A DNA stretch of 64,000 nt from positions 87,396-151,395 of the forward strand of contig JAZOOS010000012.1 of NCBI GenBank assembly GCA_045655185.1. The letters are read 5' to 3'. Under the pieces are notes generated by a model that did not search any database, had not been told where the DNA came from, and saw only the letters and a program-made list of their open reading frames with translations. Source of the stretch: Eubacteriales bacterium (lineage in GTDB: Bacteria; Bacillota; Clostridia; Oscillospirales; CAG-272). Shown here piece by piece: positions 30,536 to 40,634 of this stretch; position 1 is the first letter of the stretch; every line of letters starts with the position of its first letter. A program made the translations under genes and the position numbers.

Positions 30536-31282
30536 TTATTCCTTCCCGTTTTGTATAGTTATGTTTTCTTTTTCTTGTTCTAAACGTTCAAGACGTTCTC
30601 TTTCCGCTTGCGGTAAGCGCAGATAAAGCGGAGAGATTTCAAGGTCGGTCACGACCTTTTTCGCCTCGTATAGGCGAAGGGCGCACCGCCCAACGGCCGC
30701 CGCCGATTGGATCGAGATCCCGTCTGGCGTCGGTAAGACGGTAAGACCCGCTTCCAAAAAGTGGGGAAGCGCAACGCCAACTCCGTCGCCTACCAAGCGA
30801 ACCGCTCTTTTGCCGTAGACCGTCTTGATCTCTTCGCAAAGAGCCTCGATCGAAAGGGCGCGGTCGGGCGTAAGGCGGGTAAGGATCCCGTCCTTCATTT
30901 CAAAAAGCGCGTTGTATACTTGGTTTCTTCTGGCATCCATTAAGGGGCATAAAAGCCCGTCAAGCGGCGATAGATTTTCGGCTAAGGCCTCCAACGACGA
31001 TACGGCGGCGCAGGGAAGGCTTCGCCCGAAGGCAAGCCCTTTGATCGCCGATACCCCGATGCGAACGCCGGTAAAGGATCCGGGGCCGTTCGTGCAGGCA
31101 AAAAGCCCGATCTCCTCAAGCGCAACGCCACAACTGTCCAAAAGACTGTGCACCATGGGAATAAGCAGCTCGGTATGCGAGCGAGCGCCGCTTCGTATAA
31201 GAATTTCGCCCAGCGTTTCGTTATCGGAAAGCAGGGCAACGCCCGCCGCCTTCGCGGTGCTCTCAAGGCATAAGATCTTCAT
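30536..31282 (-). CDS. tsaB: tRNA t6A biosynthesis protein TsaB
   Basis: GPGSFTGVRIG, MDARRNQVY, PLYLR. Confidence 0.95.
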   Translation of the reverse strand: MKILCLESTAKAAGVALLSDNETLGEILIRSGARSHTELLIPMVHSLLDSCGVALEEIGLFACTNGPGSFTGVRIGVSAIKGLAFGRSLPCAAVSSLEALAENLSPLDGLLCPLMDARRNQVYNALFEMKDGILTRLTPDRALSIEALCEEIKTVYGKRAVRLVGDGVGVALPHFLEAGLTVLPTPDGISIQSAAAVGRCALRLYEAKKVVTDLEISPLYLRLPQAERERLERLEQEKENITIQNGKE

Positions 31283-31718
31283 AAGCCCCTCCTTCTATAC
31301 GTACCGTACGGTCACTTTCTCTTTCCCCACGCAAGATCTCGACCGTGATCGCATCACTCGGTAGGGCAGAAGAAATATTTTCACTCCACTCGATCAAGAT
31401 ATACCCATCCTTCTCCGTGTAATCGGTATATCCGATCGAATACAGCTCGTCCTCGTCCTCAATGCGGTACATATCGAAATGAAAGATCGGCAAGGGGCCG
31501 CTTCGGTATTCGTTTACGACCGTGTAGGTAGGGCTTTTTACGGCGTCCCTTGGCGCCGCGATGCGGCAAAAGCCACGGGTAAAGGCGGTCTTGCCTACCC
31601 CCAGCTCCCCACGGTAGGCAATCAGGGCGCGGCGGGCAGAGGCAGAAAAAAGCGCCCTTGCCAACGCTTCACCCAGTGCCTCGGTCCCCTCGGGGGAGGC
31701 GGTTTTGTATTCTTTCAT
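31263..31718 (-). CDS. tsaE: tRNA t6A biosynthesis ATPase TsaE
   Basis: GELGVGKT, SPTYTVV, HFDMYR, LIEW. Confidence 0.95.
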   Translation of the reverse strand: MKEYKTASPEGTEALGEALARALFSASARRALIAYRGELGVGKTAFTRGFCRIAAPRDAVKSPTYTVVNEYRSGPLPIFHFDMYRIEDEDELYSIGYTDYTEKDGYILIEWSENISSALPSDAITVEILRGERESDRTVRIEGGAYEDLMP

Positions 31719-31728
31719 AGCGGTATCC

Positions 31729-32913
31729 TTACTGTATGGCGTTCAAATAGTCTTCGGCTTTTTCACCGAAAAGGTAGCGAAGGGCTTCTTCGTATTCCTT
31801 CTTCGCTGCCTCGATAGCCGCTTGTCGGTTTGCCCCTTCAGCCCGCACAGCGCGAAGAAGGGTGTTCTTTGGCGTGTCGTCGGGGTCGGTAAGCTCGGTT
31901 GCCGTCACACGGTATCCCGCCGCCGTAAGGCGCAGGGCGCGAAGCCCGTCTGTCAAAGCCTCGGAAAGCTTTTGGCGAAGCTGGGGCTGACCCGAAGCAA
32001 AGGAAAGCGGGGGGCAGCTTAAATAACGCGAAAGCGTGCGGTGGCAACAGGGGGTGGAAAGAATGACCGAGGCCGAAAGCTCAATCCCTTTTGCGAGAAC
32101 CAGATCGGTCGCGATATCGCAAGCGTGCAGTGACATCACAAGATGAGGCTTCCCATTCGGCGTACGGCGTACGTCCTCGCAAAGAAAGCGCATGCCCGAA
32201 AAGCCGAGCCGCGAGGCGCTCTCGGCGCAAAAATCCATCACGTCGCGCTTTAAGTCAAGGCAAAGCATATCGACCTCTCGGCCAAGAGTAACCGAAAGAT
32301 AGTGATAGACGGCAAAGCTTAAATAGCTTTTTCCGCAGCAAAGATCGTAAACGACGATGGGCCCCTCCTTGGGAAGATAGGGGAGAACTTCGCAAAGATG
32401 CTCTAAAAAACGGTTGATCTGGCGGAATTTCGCCTGCTTTTTATCGTGGATGCGCCCGTCTTTATCCGCGATCTCCAACTCGCGCAGAAAGGGCTCGTCC
32501 CCGTTAAGAATACGGTTTTTCTTTCGTTGCAGCTCTTCCTTCGGCAAGGTGATTCCCGACCCGGAAAGCGAAGCGAAAAGCCCCTCTTTTGCGCGAAGAA
32601 TATCGCGCCCCTTCGAGCTTTTTTTGTATTCGGCGTCGCCAAGCTCGGTCAAAAGATTGAGCTGGGCGTAACGCCCGAAGGTCGATTCGAACGCTTCTTC
32701 GGTAAGCGGGGGCGAAAGGCGGGCGTGCTTTACCTTCCCGTCCGAAAAGCTCTCTTCGGCAGCAAGCACCGCCTCGTTCCGAAAAAGACGAAGCGTGACC
32801 GTCAGCTTCTCGGCGCCCTCCCCACGGGGGCGAGAGCCGACGATGCGGCGAAGCTTGCCCGTTTCGGCGGCGCTGTTAAGCAACGATAAAAACTTTTGGC
32901 TGTTTTCGCTCAT
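31729..32913 (-). CDS. Class I SAM-dependent methyltransferase
   Basis: KFRQINRF, DLCCGKSYL, LHACDIATD, PCCH, TPKN motifs. Confidence 0.85.
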   Translation of the reverse strand: MSENSQKFLSLLNSAAETGKLRRIVGSRPRGEGAEKLTVTLRLFRNEAVLAAEESFSDGKVKHARLSPPLTEEAFESTFGRYAQLNLLTELGDAEYKKSSKGRDILRAKEGLFASLSGSGITLPKEELQRKKNRILNGDEPFLRELEIADKDGRIHDKKQAKFRQINRFLEHLCEVLPYLPKEGPIVVYDLCCGKSYLSFAVYHYLSVTLGREVDMLCLDLKRDVMDFCAESASRLGFSGMRFLCEDVRRTPNGKPHLVMSLHACDIATDLVLAKGIELSASVILSTPCCHRTLSRYLSCPPLSFASGQPQLRQKLSEALTDGLRALRLTAAGYRVTATELTDPDDTPKNTLLRAVRAEGANRQAAIEAAKKEYEEALRYLFGEKAEDYLNAIQ

Positions 32914-33656
32914 TTTTCTTCCTCGTTGCCGTTCGAGGGGGGAACGGGGTCCTTTTTGTGAAAGCTGAATTTGTTTTCCTGACGCTTCCAAAGCCGTACG
33001 AGGTTGGTGCGGTGGCAGATGATAACGATGACGGCGAAGATGAAAGCGAACAGCTTGATGGTCGGGTCGTAGGTACCGCCGAATATCATCATATAGCTTT
33101 CAATGGCAACGGGATAAAGCCCCGCGCAAACGATCGAGGCAAGCGAGATATACTTGGTTCCCCATACGATCAGAACGAAGGCGATCAAAAGAATGAGCAG
33201 CACGACGGGGGAGAGAACGCCGATGGCCGTCGCTGTGCAAAGCACGCCCTTGCCGCCGCGGAAGCCGTAATAGATCGGCTTGATATGCCCGATCACGCAG
33301 GCAAGCCCCGCAAGATAGCAAAGATAGTTGACCGAAATGGCGTTCACGTAATAGAAGCCGAAGAAGAGGCCGGTAAGAAAAACCGATAAAACGGTTTTCA
33401 GGATATCGCCAAGCAGGGTAAGCCCTGCTGCCTTTTTTCCGTAGGTGCGGTACATGTTGGTAAGCCCCGCGTTCTTGCTGCCGTACTTGCGTACGTCATC
33501 TTTGTACAAAAGGCGGGAGACGATGACGGCGCTGTTAAGGCTGCCGAGGAGATACCCGACGGCAAGACAAAGAAAAAGACAGTACAGCGGGATCGCGGTA
33601 TCCCCGGGCGAAAAGTAAGTGCCGTAAAGGCCTTGATTTAAGATCGTTCCAAGCAT
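32910..33656 (-). CDS. plsY: Glycerol-3-phosphate acyltransferase
   Basis: GYLLGS, GSKNAGLTN..R, GH..PIYYGFRGGKGV, HRTN. Confidence 0.93.
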   Translation of the reverse strand: MLGTILNQGLYGTYFSPGDTAIPLYCLFLCLAVGYLLGSLNSAVIVSRLLYKDDVRKYGSKNAGLTNMYRTYGKKAAGLTLLGDILKTVLSVFLTGLFFGFYYVNAISVNYLCYLAGLACVIGHIKPIYYGFRGGKGVLCTATAIGVLSPVVLLILLIAFVLIVWGTKYISLASIVCAGLYPVAIESYMMIFGGTYDPTIKLFAFIFAVIVIICHRTNLVRLWKRQENKFSFHKKDPVPPSNGNEEEK

Positions 33657-33677
33657 AAAAACCTCTTTTTACGTTGT

Positions 33678-33920
33678 TTATTTGTTTTTGTTGAAAAGCG
33701 AGCGCAGGCGGCTTTTGTTTTCGGCCTTTTTTTGCTCGGTTGCCTCTTTATCGACAAGAGCCGAAAGAAGCGTGCCGTTTTGGTAGGTAAGAAGAACAAG
33801 GTCTCCCTCTTTTAAGGATGCGGTGGCCGTGGGAACGAGATATTCCTCTCCCAAATCGTCAAGGCAAACGAAAAAGTTTCCCTCTTTTCGGTCGACCGAG
33901 GCGTTTACGGTTTTGTTCAT
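33678..33920 (-). CDS. Small DUF3006-like protein
   Basis: VDRKEG...LKEGD...D.EATE pattern; GGGGG RBS-like tract. Confidence 0.65.
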   Translation of the reverse strand: MNKTVNASVDRKEGNFFVCLDDLGEEYLVPTATASLKEGDLVLLTYQNGTLLSALVDKEATEQKKAENKSRLRSLFNKNK

Positions 33921-34157
33921 AGCGACCCCCTATTTAACTTATTACTTTATAATAATACTACATTTAAGAGGAAAAAGTCAAGCATTCCCCCGAATTTCTC
34001 GGTATTTCTTGATTAAGGGGAACGCCAAGGATATGGGATTTGTAAAAAAGAAGTAAATTAACGGGGGTGTTCTTGCAAGAAAAGGGAAAATGTGATACAA
34101 TAAAAAACAAAAGAAGGTGGGGTGCATCCCCCGTTCTTTACATTCAGAGGTTTTACT

Positions 34158-34646
34158 ATGAGATCAAAGCGCGTTAGGCAAAGTTTCTTTGTCATTTTGA
34201 TCGTTCTTATTCTGTTTACGGTATCTTTCATTCTTTATCAATCCTGCCTCCCTCCCATTGAATCCGATGAAAAAAGCGATCAGGTGAAAGGCTTTTTTGT
34301 TACACTTTTCGGCGGAGAAAATACGTTGCTCGGCGCTTTCTTTTTCAAATACGTCCGAAAGATTGCCCATTTCGTTGAATTTTTCGTCCTGGGGGCTGAA
34401 TGCACGGCTCTTGCGCTTTTGATAAAAAAGAGCGGCTTTCCCCTTTGTGTGCTGCCTTTTGGGTTTGCCGTCGGCTCTCTTGACGAAACGATTCAGCACT
34501 TTACGGGGCGCGGCCCTTCGTTTAGAGACGTTTGTCTTGATTTTTTCGGCTTTTTCATGGCTACCGTGTTCATATATGCTATCAACCTTTTGATTCTGCG
34601 TGCGATACAAAGCAAAAAAATCCGCAAGGAGAAGGAATATGTTTGA
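34158..34646 (+). CDS. VanZ family membrane protein
   Basis: VRKIAHFVEF, DETIQHF.GR...DVCLD. Confidence 0.8.
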   Translation: MRSKRVRQSFFVILIVLILFTVSFILYQSCLPPIESDEKSDQVKGFFVTLFGGENTLLGAFFFKYVRKIAHFVEFFVLGAECTALALLIKKSGFPLCVLPFGFAVGSLDETIQHFTGRGPSFRDVCLDFFGFFMATVFIYAINLLILRAIQSKKIRKEKEYV

Positions 34647-35604
34647 ATTTTTGAAAGATTCGTCGCTTATTGAGGAAGCCCGGCGGGCAAAGGTACGCCC
34701 CCGCCTTTTCGGTCAGCTTCTTATTTTTTGGCTTGTCAGCTTCGTGGTCGAGTCGGCGGCTACGCTGATCCCCTCCTTTTATCTCACGGCAGAGATGATC
34801 AAGGGGCTGCCTGTCCTTGGTGACGTGTCGCTTGAAGCGTACGAAGCTTATCTTAACGAGGCGATGGGGCCCATTATGGCAAGCGATACCTTTTTGCTGC
34901 TTTCTCTTTTCGGCACGGTGTTTATGCTGATTCTCGTGCCGGTGTATTGCTGTTGCATTGAAAAGCGCCCGCTTTCTTCGCTTGGGGTACGCGGCACCTT
35001 TCTTCCCGAATACGGAAAGGGGATGCTGTTCGGCCTTTTACTGATGGGCGGCGTTTTCTTCGTCTGCTACGCCAGCGGTGCCGTTACCGTGACGGCTGGG
35101 AAACTCAATATCGGTCTTATTCTTTTATATCTTTTTGCGTTTTTGATCCAAGGGGCGGCCGAGGAGATTCTTATGCGCGGGTATTTCACGGTCTCGCTTA
35201 CTAATTCGATCTCTCCCGCCTTCGCCGTCTTTACGGGGGCGGCCTTCTTTGCGGCGTTGCATTCTTCGAATACGGGTTTTGGCATCTTTCCTTTCGTAAA
35301 CACCTTTCTTTTCGGTCTTTTGCTTTCCTTTTATATGTTTAAAAGCGGAAGCATCTTCGGCGCGTGCGCTTTGCACGGTGTCTTCAATTTCGCCGAGGGG
35401 CTTTTATTCGGGCTTCCCGTCAGCGGGTTGACGACGGGGGTATCGATCCTTTCTTCGGTAAGCAACGGGGAAATGACGCTGACGAACGGCGGTCTTTATG
35501 GACCCGAGGGTGGCTGTGCCGTTACTCTTATGCTTTTGGTTGCGTTTCTTCTTTTCTTCTATTTTCCGAAAAAGAAAGAAAACGGCAAGACGGAAAATGT
35601 ATAA
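34639..35604 (+). CDS. CPBP (Abi/CAAX) intramembrane metalloprotease
   Basis: EEILMRG, FAALH, HGVFN motifs. Confidence 0.85.
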   Translation: MFEFLKDSSLIEEARRAKVRPRLFGQLLIFWLVSFVVESAATLIPSFYLTAEMIKGLPVLGDVSLEAYEAYLNEAMGPIMASDTFLLLSLFGTVFMLILVPVYCCCIEKRPLSSLGVRGTFLPEYGKGMLFGLLLMGGVFFVCYASGAVTVTAGKLNIGLILLYLFAFLIQGAAEEILMRGYFTVSLTNSISPAFAVFTGAAFFAALHSSNTGFGIFPFVNTFLFGLLLSFYMFKSGSIFGACALHGVFNFAEGLLFGLPVSGLTTGVSILSSVSNGEMTLTNGGLYGPEGGCAVTLMLLVAFLLFFYFPKKKENGKTENV

Positions 35605-35646
35605 AAGCTTTGCTTTTCCCGATACTGAAAAGAAAGGGGAAACGCT

Positions 35647-36675
35647 ATGGTCAATCGTTTTAAAAAAATAAAGCTTGGCATAGCCTGCCTTTTAGGGTCG
35701 GCTATGCTTTTTTTATGCGGTTTGCAATTTTTGTTCCGCCGCTTCCCGTCCTTTGCTGAGTGGGTTGATCGCACCGTGGGCGCCCCCTTGCGAAGCGGGC
35801 TTTCCCGTCTTTCTTCGGGGATTCCGTTTTCGCTTACGGGGCTTTTGCTCGTATCGGTGCCGCTCCTTTTTATCCTGCTTCTTATTCTTGGGTATCGTGC
35901 GCTTGACAAAAAGGGGGGCTTTTCCCGCTTTTTGCTTTCTTTGTTTTCTCTTCTTAGTGTTTTTGCCCTTCTTTTCACGCTTACGCTTTCGCCCGGGTAC
36001 CATAAACCCCCGCTTTCCGAAAAGCTTTCGCTTTATGTAAGAGAGCCGAGCGGGAAAGAGCTGGCAGGGGTCGCAGCTTGGCTTTCGGGGCTTCTTAGTG
36101 AAAAGGTTCCGCCCGCCCCAGCGCTCGAAGAGCTGGCGGTGCGCCTTGACGCCTCTTACCGTACGCTTGGCGAAAAATACGACTTTCCTGTAAATCGGGA
36201 ATTTTCGATCAAGGAAGAGCGGGGCGGTGCACTTTCGGCTCTTGGGATCATTGGTCTTTATTCCTTTCCTTTTGGGGAGATCACGTTGAATTTCGAGTAT
36301 CCCCCAACAGCGCTTGCCTTCACCCTTGCCCACGAGATGGCACACGCCTCGGGCTATTCCCGAGAGGAAGAGGCCGATCTTATGGCCTTTCTCGCGTGTC
36401 TTGAATCGGGGGACGCTTATCTACGCTACGCAGGGGTGCTTGGGATGCTACAAAGGGTCCTGCCGGCACTTCGGGAAAGCTCGTCTTCCTTATGGGAAGC
36501 GGCGGGTGAGGAGCTGCCAAACGAAGCGAAAAGGGAAATGGAGAAATCGGGTCGCGTATATGAAAAAACAGCGCTTCCCACTATGGCAACCGAGGAAGGA
36601 AAAAGCGGACACGAGGGGCTTTCGGCCCTTCTTTACGCGTATTACCGCCGCTTCGTATCACCCGAAGGGGGCTAA
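35647..36675 (+). CDS. DUF3810-like membrane protein with HExxH motif
   Basis: N-terminal TM helices, GLYSFPFGE, AHEMAH..G..REEEA. Confidence 0.7.
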   Translation: MVNRFKKIKLGIACLLGSAMLFLCGLQFLFRRFPSFAEWVDRTVGAPLRSGLSRLSSGIPFSLTGLLLVSVPLLFILLLILGYRALDKKGGFSRFLLSLFSLLSVFALLFTLTLSPGYHKPPLSEKLSLYVREPSGKELAGVAAWLSGLLSEKVPPAPALEELAVRLDASYRTLGEKYDFPVNREFSIKEERGGALSALGIIGLYSFPFGEITLNFEYPPTALAFTLAHEMAHASGYSREEEADLMAFLACLESGDAYLRYAGVLGMLQRVLPALRESSSSLWEAAGEELPNEAKREMEKSGRVYEKTALPTMATEEGKSGHEGLSALLYAYYRRFVSPEGG

Positions 36676-36752
36676 TTGAGTATACTGTAAAAGGAAAAGG
36701 AAGCCGCAAAAATTGGGGGACGTTTCAAGAAAAGCTTCTTGGAGGAACCTAT

Positions 36753-38000
36753 ATGAAAAGGCTTGTAATCTTTGGGGGAAAGCGGCTTTCGGGAAAGGTG
36801 GAGATCAGCGGCTTCAAAAACGCGGCTCTGCCGATCCTTTATGCCTCGATCGTCACCGCTGATGTATCGGTGATCGAAAACGTTCCCCGTATACGCGATG
36901 TCGATATCACGCTTTCTCTCCTTACGGAAATGGGGGCGGTGGCCCGTTTTACGGGGAAAAGCACTGTCCTTTTGGATACACGGGGGATGACCCCCTTTCT
37001 TTCCTCATCCGTGCTTTGTAAAAAGCTGCGCGCATCCACCTATCTTTTGGGGGCCTGCCTTGCGCGCTTTGGTAGGGCACGGGTAGAGAGGCCCGGCGGA
37101 TGCCTGATTGGGGCAAGGCCGATCGATCTGCATATTGCGGCTCTTTCGGCTCTCGGTGCTACGGTTACCGAGAGAGAGGGTGAGGTCATAGCCGAGGCCA
37201 AGGCACTTTGCGGCGCCCCGGTCGAATTCGCGAAGGTCTCGGTGGGGGCCACTGTCAACGCGATTCTTTGCGCGCTTTCGGCCCAGGGAGAAACGAGGAT
37301 CATGGGGGCCGCCAAGGAGCCGCATATCGGCGACCTTTGCCGTTATCTTATCGCGTGCGGCGCCGATATCGGGGGCGTTGATACCGATACCCTTAGGATA
37401 AACGGGGGAAAAAGATTGCACGGCTGTGTCTTTCGCCTGATGCCCGATATGATCGAGGCGGGGACCTTTTTGTGCGCGGTGGGGGCCGCCGGCGGTGAGG
37501 CCTTTCTAAAAAACGCTCGCTGTGGGGAGCTTTCTTCGGTCATTGAGCCGCTTCGTGGGATGGGGCTTTCCATAAAAAGAGAAGGCGAAGGACTTTTTGT
37601 TTCTAAAAAGGGGGCGCTTTCTCCGTTTTCGGTAAACGCTATGCCGTATCCCTCCTTTCCCACCGATATGCATCCGCAGCTGGTGGCGCTTGGGTGCCTT
37701 TGCAAGGGGGAAAGCCACCTTTCGGACACGGTTTTTCCCGACCGCTTCGGCTATACCGAGGAGCTTCGACGCCTTGGCGCCAATCTTTCGGTAGAGGGAA
37801 ATACGGTAACCGTACGGGAAAGCTCTCTTCGCCGTGGGCGGGTGACGGCCGTTGATCTGCGAGCAGGGGCCGCCCTTGTCGTTGCATCCCTTTCGGTAAA
37901 GGGAAAGGTGGTCATTGAAAACGCCGAGATGATTGAGCGTGGATACGTAGCGCTTCCCGAAAAGCTTCGCGCCCTTGGCGCCGAGGTCCTTTCCCCTTGA
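36753..38000 (+). CDS. murA: UDP-N-acetylglucosamine 1-carboxyvinyltransferase
   Basis: KNAALPI, LRAS, PGGCLIGARPIDLH (active-site Cys), FPTD, DLRAGA. Confidence 0.95.
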   Translation: MKRLVIFGGKRLSGKVEISGFKNAALPILYASIVTADVSVIENVPRIRDVDITLSLLTEMGAVARFTGKSTVLLDTRGMTPFLSSSVLCKKLRASTYLLGACLARFGRARVERPGGCLIGARPIDLHIAALSALGATVTEREGEVIAEAKALCGAPVEFAKVSVGATVNAILCALSAQGETRIMGAAKEPHIGDLCRYLIACGADIGGVDTDTLRINGGKRLHGCVFRLMPDMIEAGTFLCAVGAAGGEAFLKNARCGELSSVIEPLRGMGLSIKREGEGLFVSKKGALSPFSVNAMPYPSFPTDMHPQLVALGCLCKGESHLSDTVFPDRFGYTEELRRLGANLSVEGNTVTVRESSLRRGRVTAVDLRAGAALVVASLSVKGKVVIENAEMIERGYVALPEKLRALGAEVLSP

Positions 38001-38006
38001 TATTAT

Positions 38007-38043
38007 GAAAAAGACCCTTTTCATTTGAAAAGGGTCTTTTTCA
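38007..38043. terminator. Bidirectional terminator
   Basis: TGAAAAAGACCCTTTTCA-TT-TGAAAAGGGTCTTTTTCA. Confidence 0.8.
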
Positions 38044-38469
38044 TTAGCGACGTTTTCTTCTTTTTCGCCCCGGCTTCTTTTGCGCCAAAGCCGCGCCAAG
38101 AGGGGAGAAAAGCAGAACGAGCCCATATAACAAAAGGGAAGATAGGGGAAGCTTTCCATCCCCTAAGATAAGCCCGATGACCAAAAGAAGCAAAGCAAGG
38201 ATCGCCCCCGATAAAAGGCCGATAAGGGCTCCACCTGTGCGGTGACTTCTTGCGAGAAAAAAGCCGTCAAGAAAGCCGCAAAGCACAGGTGTTATGTAAA
38301 GGGCGGGGGTAAGAAAGCGCAAAGGGTCCTCGGTCTGATACAGCAAAAAGGAAAGTAGCAAGAGAAAAAGAACCGAAAAAAAGAGTGAAAGCAGCAAAGA
38401 AAGAAAAAGCCCCGAAAGGAGGGGACGCTTTCTTCTTTCGGAAAGATGCGCGGCGTTTGAACGTTCCAT
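38044..38469 (-). CDS. TIGR04086/YrzE-like membrane protein
   Basis: Four TM segments with GG..IG..G pattern; follows yajC; GGAGG RBS. Confidence 0.65.
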   Translation of the reverse strand: MERSNAAHLSERRKRPLLSGLFLSLLLSLFFSVLFLLLLSFLLYQTEDPLRFLTPALYITPVLCGFLDGFFLARSHRTGGALIGLLSGAILALLLLVIGLILGDGKLPLSSLLLYGLVLLFSPLGAALAQKKPGRKRRKRR

Positions 38470-38497
38470 AAAAAAACCTCCCACAACATACTGATAC

Positions 38498-38526
38498 AGT
38501 ATATGGTGAGAGGATTTTTTATATGA
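38498..38526 (-). promoter_or_regulatory. Candidate sigma-E (sporulation) promoter
   Basis: Minus-strand TCATATA-14 bp-CATATACT matches the SigE consensus and spacing. Confidence 0.5.
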
Positions 38527-38527
38527 A

Positions 38528-38851
38528 TTACTTTTTGTCGGCTGCGCGAACATCCACGTTGCGGACAGCACTTTTTAAGAAGCGGATATGCGTTTTATCC
38601 TTGGTGGTCTCAAGAACAAAGGTTTCGTCCTTGATGCTGATGACCTCGCCGATAATGCCGCCGATGGTAGTGATCTCATCTCCGACCTGCAAAGCATCCC
38701 GCATTTCCTGCGCTGCCTTTTCCCGCTTTTTCTCGGGACGGATCAAGAGAAAATAGAAAACCAGAACGACACCGAGGATCAGAACCAAAGAGACCCAGCT
38801 ACTGCCGCCACCCTCGCCGCCTGCGGTACTTTCAAGCCAAAAATTAAGCAT
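38528..38851 (-). CDS. yajC: Preprotein translocase subunit YajC
   Basis: FYFLLIRPEKKR, LQVGDEITTIGGIIG. Confidence 0.95.
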   Translation of the reverse strand: MLNFWLESTAGGEGGGSSWVSLVLILGVVLVFYFLLIRPEKKREKAAQEMRDALQVGDEITTIGGIIGEVISIKDETFVLETTKDKTHIRFLKSAVRNVDVRAADKK

Positions 38852-38949
38852 GTAAACTTCCTCCTACAATTCAATCATTTACCAGTATATCATACTTTTG
38901 ACGCTTTTGCAAGGGAAGAAGGAAAGTTTAACAAAAATTCATAAAGCAC

Positions 38950-39090
38950 TTGACAAAAATCGACGGCTGTGATAACATAAATTCGGAACACAAATTAAGT
39001 CTTTTACGCGGCATAACGATGTCGGTAAGATTTACATGAGATTCCAGAGAGGAATGTATAGTCTTGCCTACGCAAGGCTTTTTTTATGCC
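38950..39090 (+). promoter_or_regulatory. Promoter plus PyrR-type attenuator
   Basis: TTGACA-17-TAACAT. Binding loop TACAT-GAGATTCCAGAGAGGA-ATGTA; terminator GTCTTGC-CTAC-GCAAGGC-T7. Alternative pairings GTAAGAT/GTCTTGC and GGCATAA/TTATGCC. Confidence 0.75.
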
Positions 39091-39139
39091 AAACGGCGAC
39101 TTTCTTTGTTTCCGGAAAAACAACGGAGGTAAAAAATCC

Positions 39140-40534
39140 ATGAAGCTCGTTTACAACGTAAATGACAGACCCAAGTTTCCTCAGATCCTTATTTTCGCGC
39201 TCCAACAGCTCCTGGCGATCTTAGCGGCGACCATTGCGGTCCCGATGATCATCGGCCACGGCATGTCGACCTCGGCCGCCCTTTTCGGTGCCGGTGTCGG
39301 TACGCTGGTTTATCAGCTGTTTACCCGTTTTAAGAGCCCCGTATTCCTCGGCTCGTCCTTCGCCTTTCTCGGTTCGATGGCTGCGGCCTTCGCCGGCGGC
39401 GTTTCGGCCTCTGCCGGGTATCTCGGCCTTATCATCGGTGCCGTCTTTGCCGGTCTCGTATACGTGGCGATCGCGATCGTCATCCGTTACTGCGGCGTTA
39501 ACTGGATCAACAAGCTGATGCCCGCCGCCGTTATCGGCCCCACGGTTGCCATCATCGGTCTTTCGCTTTCCGGCAACGCGATCGGTGATCTCTTTAAGGG
39601 CAGCGTTACGCATCCCGAGCTGGTCGACGGTGAGATCACTGCCGTCCAGAACGCCAACACCTTCCTTTGCCTGCTTTGCGGCCTTGTGACCCTTGCGGTC
39701 GTTATGATCTGCTCGGTCTACGGCAAAAAGATGATGAAGATGATCCCCTTTATCATCGGTATCGGCGCCGGCTACGCGCTTGCCGCGATCTTCACGGTTA
39801 TCGGGAATATCGCTGAGGTACAGGCGCTGCAGATCATCGACTTCTCGAAGTTCCAGTCGATGCAGTGGTACCCCGATTTCACCTTCCTTACCGCCTTCTC
39901 GGGCAACTACGACTTCGGTGAAGCCGGTAGCTTCTGGGCCTTCCTCGGCACGGTTGCCGTCGCTTATATCCCGGTCGCTTTCGTCGTGTTTGCCGAGCAT
40001 ATTGCCGACCATAAGAACCTTTCCTCGATCATTGAAAAGGATCTGCTTGAGGAGCCCGGCCTTTCCAACACCCTTCTCGGTGACGGTATCGGCTCGATGA
40101 CCGGCGCCTTCTTCGGCGGCTGCCCCAACACCACCTACGGTGAGTCGGTCGGTTGCGTAGCCATCACCGGCAACGCCTCGGTCGCTACCATCACGGTCAC
40201 CGCCTTTATGGCGATCCTTGCCTCCTTCATCGCCCCGTTCGTCACGCTGCTGGCTACCATTCCCGCCTGCGTTATGGGTGGCGTTTGCGTCGCGCTTTAT
40301 GGCTTTATCGCCGTCAGCGGTCTCAAAATGATCCAGAAGGTCGATCTTGGTGACAACCGCAATCTCTTCACCGTCTCGGTCATTCTGATCGCGGGTGTCG
40401 GCGGCCTCGTTATCAACATCGGCCCCGTAACCCTTACCTCGGTCGCTTGCGCGCTGATCCTTGGTATCCTTACCAACGTTCTCGTCAATCAGAAATGCAA
40501 GTGCTGCTCTTGCGACGATAAGACCGAAGAATAA
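39140..40534 (+). CDS. uraA: Uracil permease (NCS2 family)
   Basis: FLGSSFAF, EHIADH, PNTTYGES, LYGFIA; PyrR leader upstream. Confidence 0.9.
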   Translation: MKLVYNVNDRPKFPQILIFALQQLLAILAATIAVPMIIGHGMSTSAALFGAGVGTLVYQLFTRFKSPVFLGSSFAFLGSMAAAFAGGVSASAGYLGLIIGAVFAGLVYVAIAIVIRYCGVNWINKLMPAAVIGPTVAIIGLSLSGNAIGDLFKGSVTHPELVDGEITAVQNANTFLCLLCGLVTLAVVMICSVYGKKMMKMIPFIIGIGAGYALAAIFTVIGNIAEVQALQIIDFSKFQSMQWYPDFTFLTAFSGNYDFGEAGSFWAFLGTVAVAYIPVAFVVFAEHIADHKNLSSIIEKDLLEEPGLSNTLLGDGIGSMTGAFFGGCPNTTYGESVGCVAITGNASVATITVTAFMAILASFIAPFVTLLATIPACVMGGVCVALYGFIAVSGLKMIQKVDLGDNRNLFTVSVILIAGVGGLVINIGPVTLTSVACALILGILTNVLVNQKCKCCSCDDKTEE

Positions 40535-40634
40535 AAAAATTGAAAAGCGGATGCTTCGGCATCCGCTTTTCTTTTTTATGTAAAGAAAAAAGAAAAAAGG
40601 GTTCAATTTCTTGAACCCTTTTTGGTTGCTTAAC

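Noticed and set aside
30536-31718. tcdA, tsaE, tsaB and trmO in one window as a t6A-modification island
   Set aside because: They are spread over about 45 kb in unrelated operons, consistent with ordinary core genome.
34158-34646. VanZ genes (here and at 55394-55960) as a glycopeptide-resistance cluster
   Set aside because: No vanHAX or vanRS genes; VanZ-like proteins are widespread orphans.
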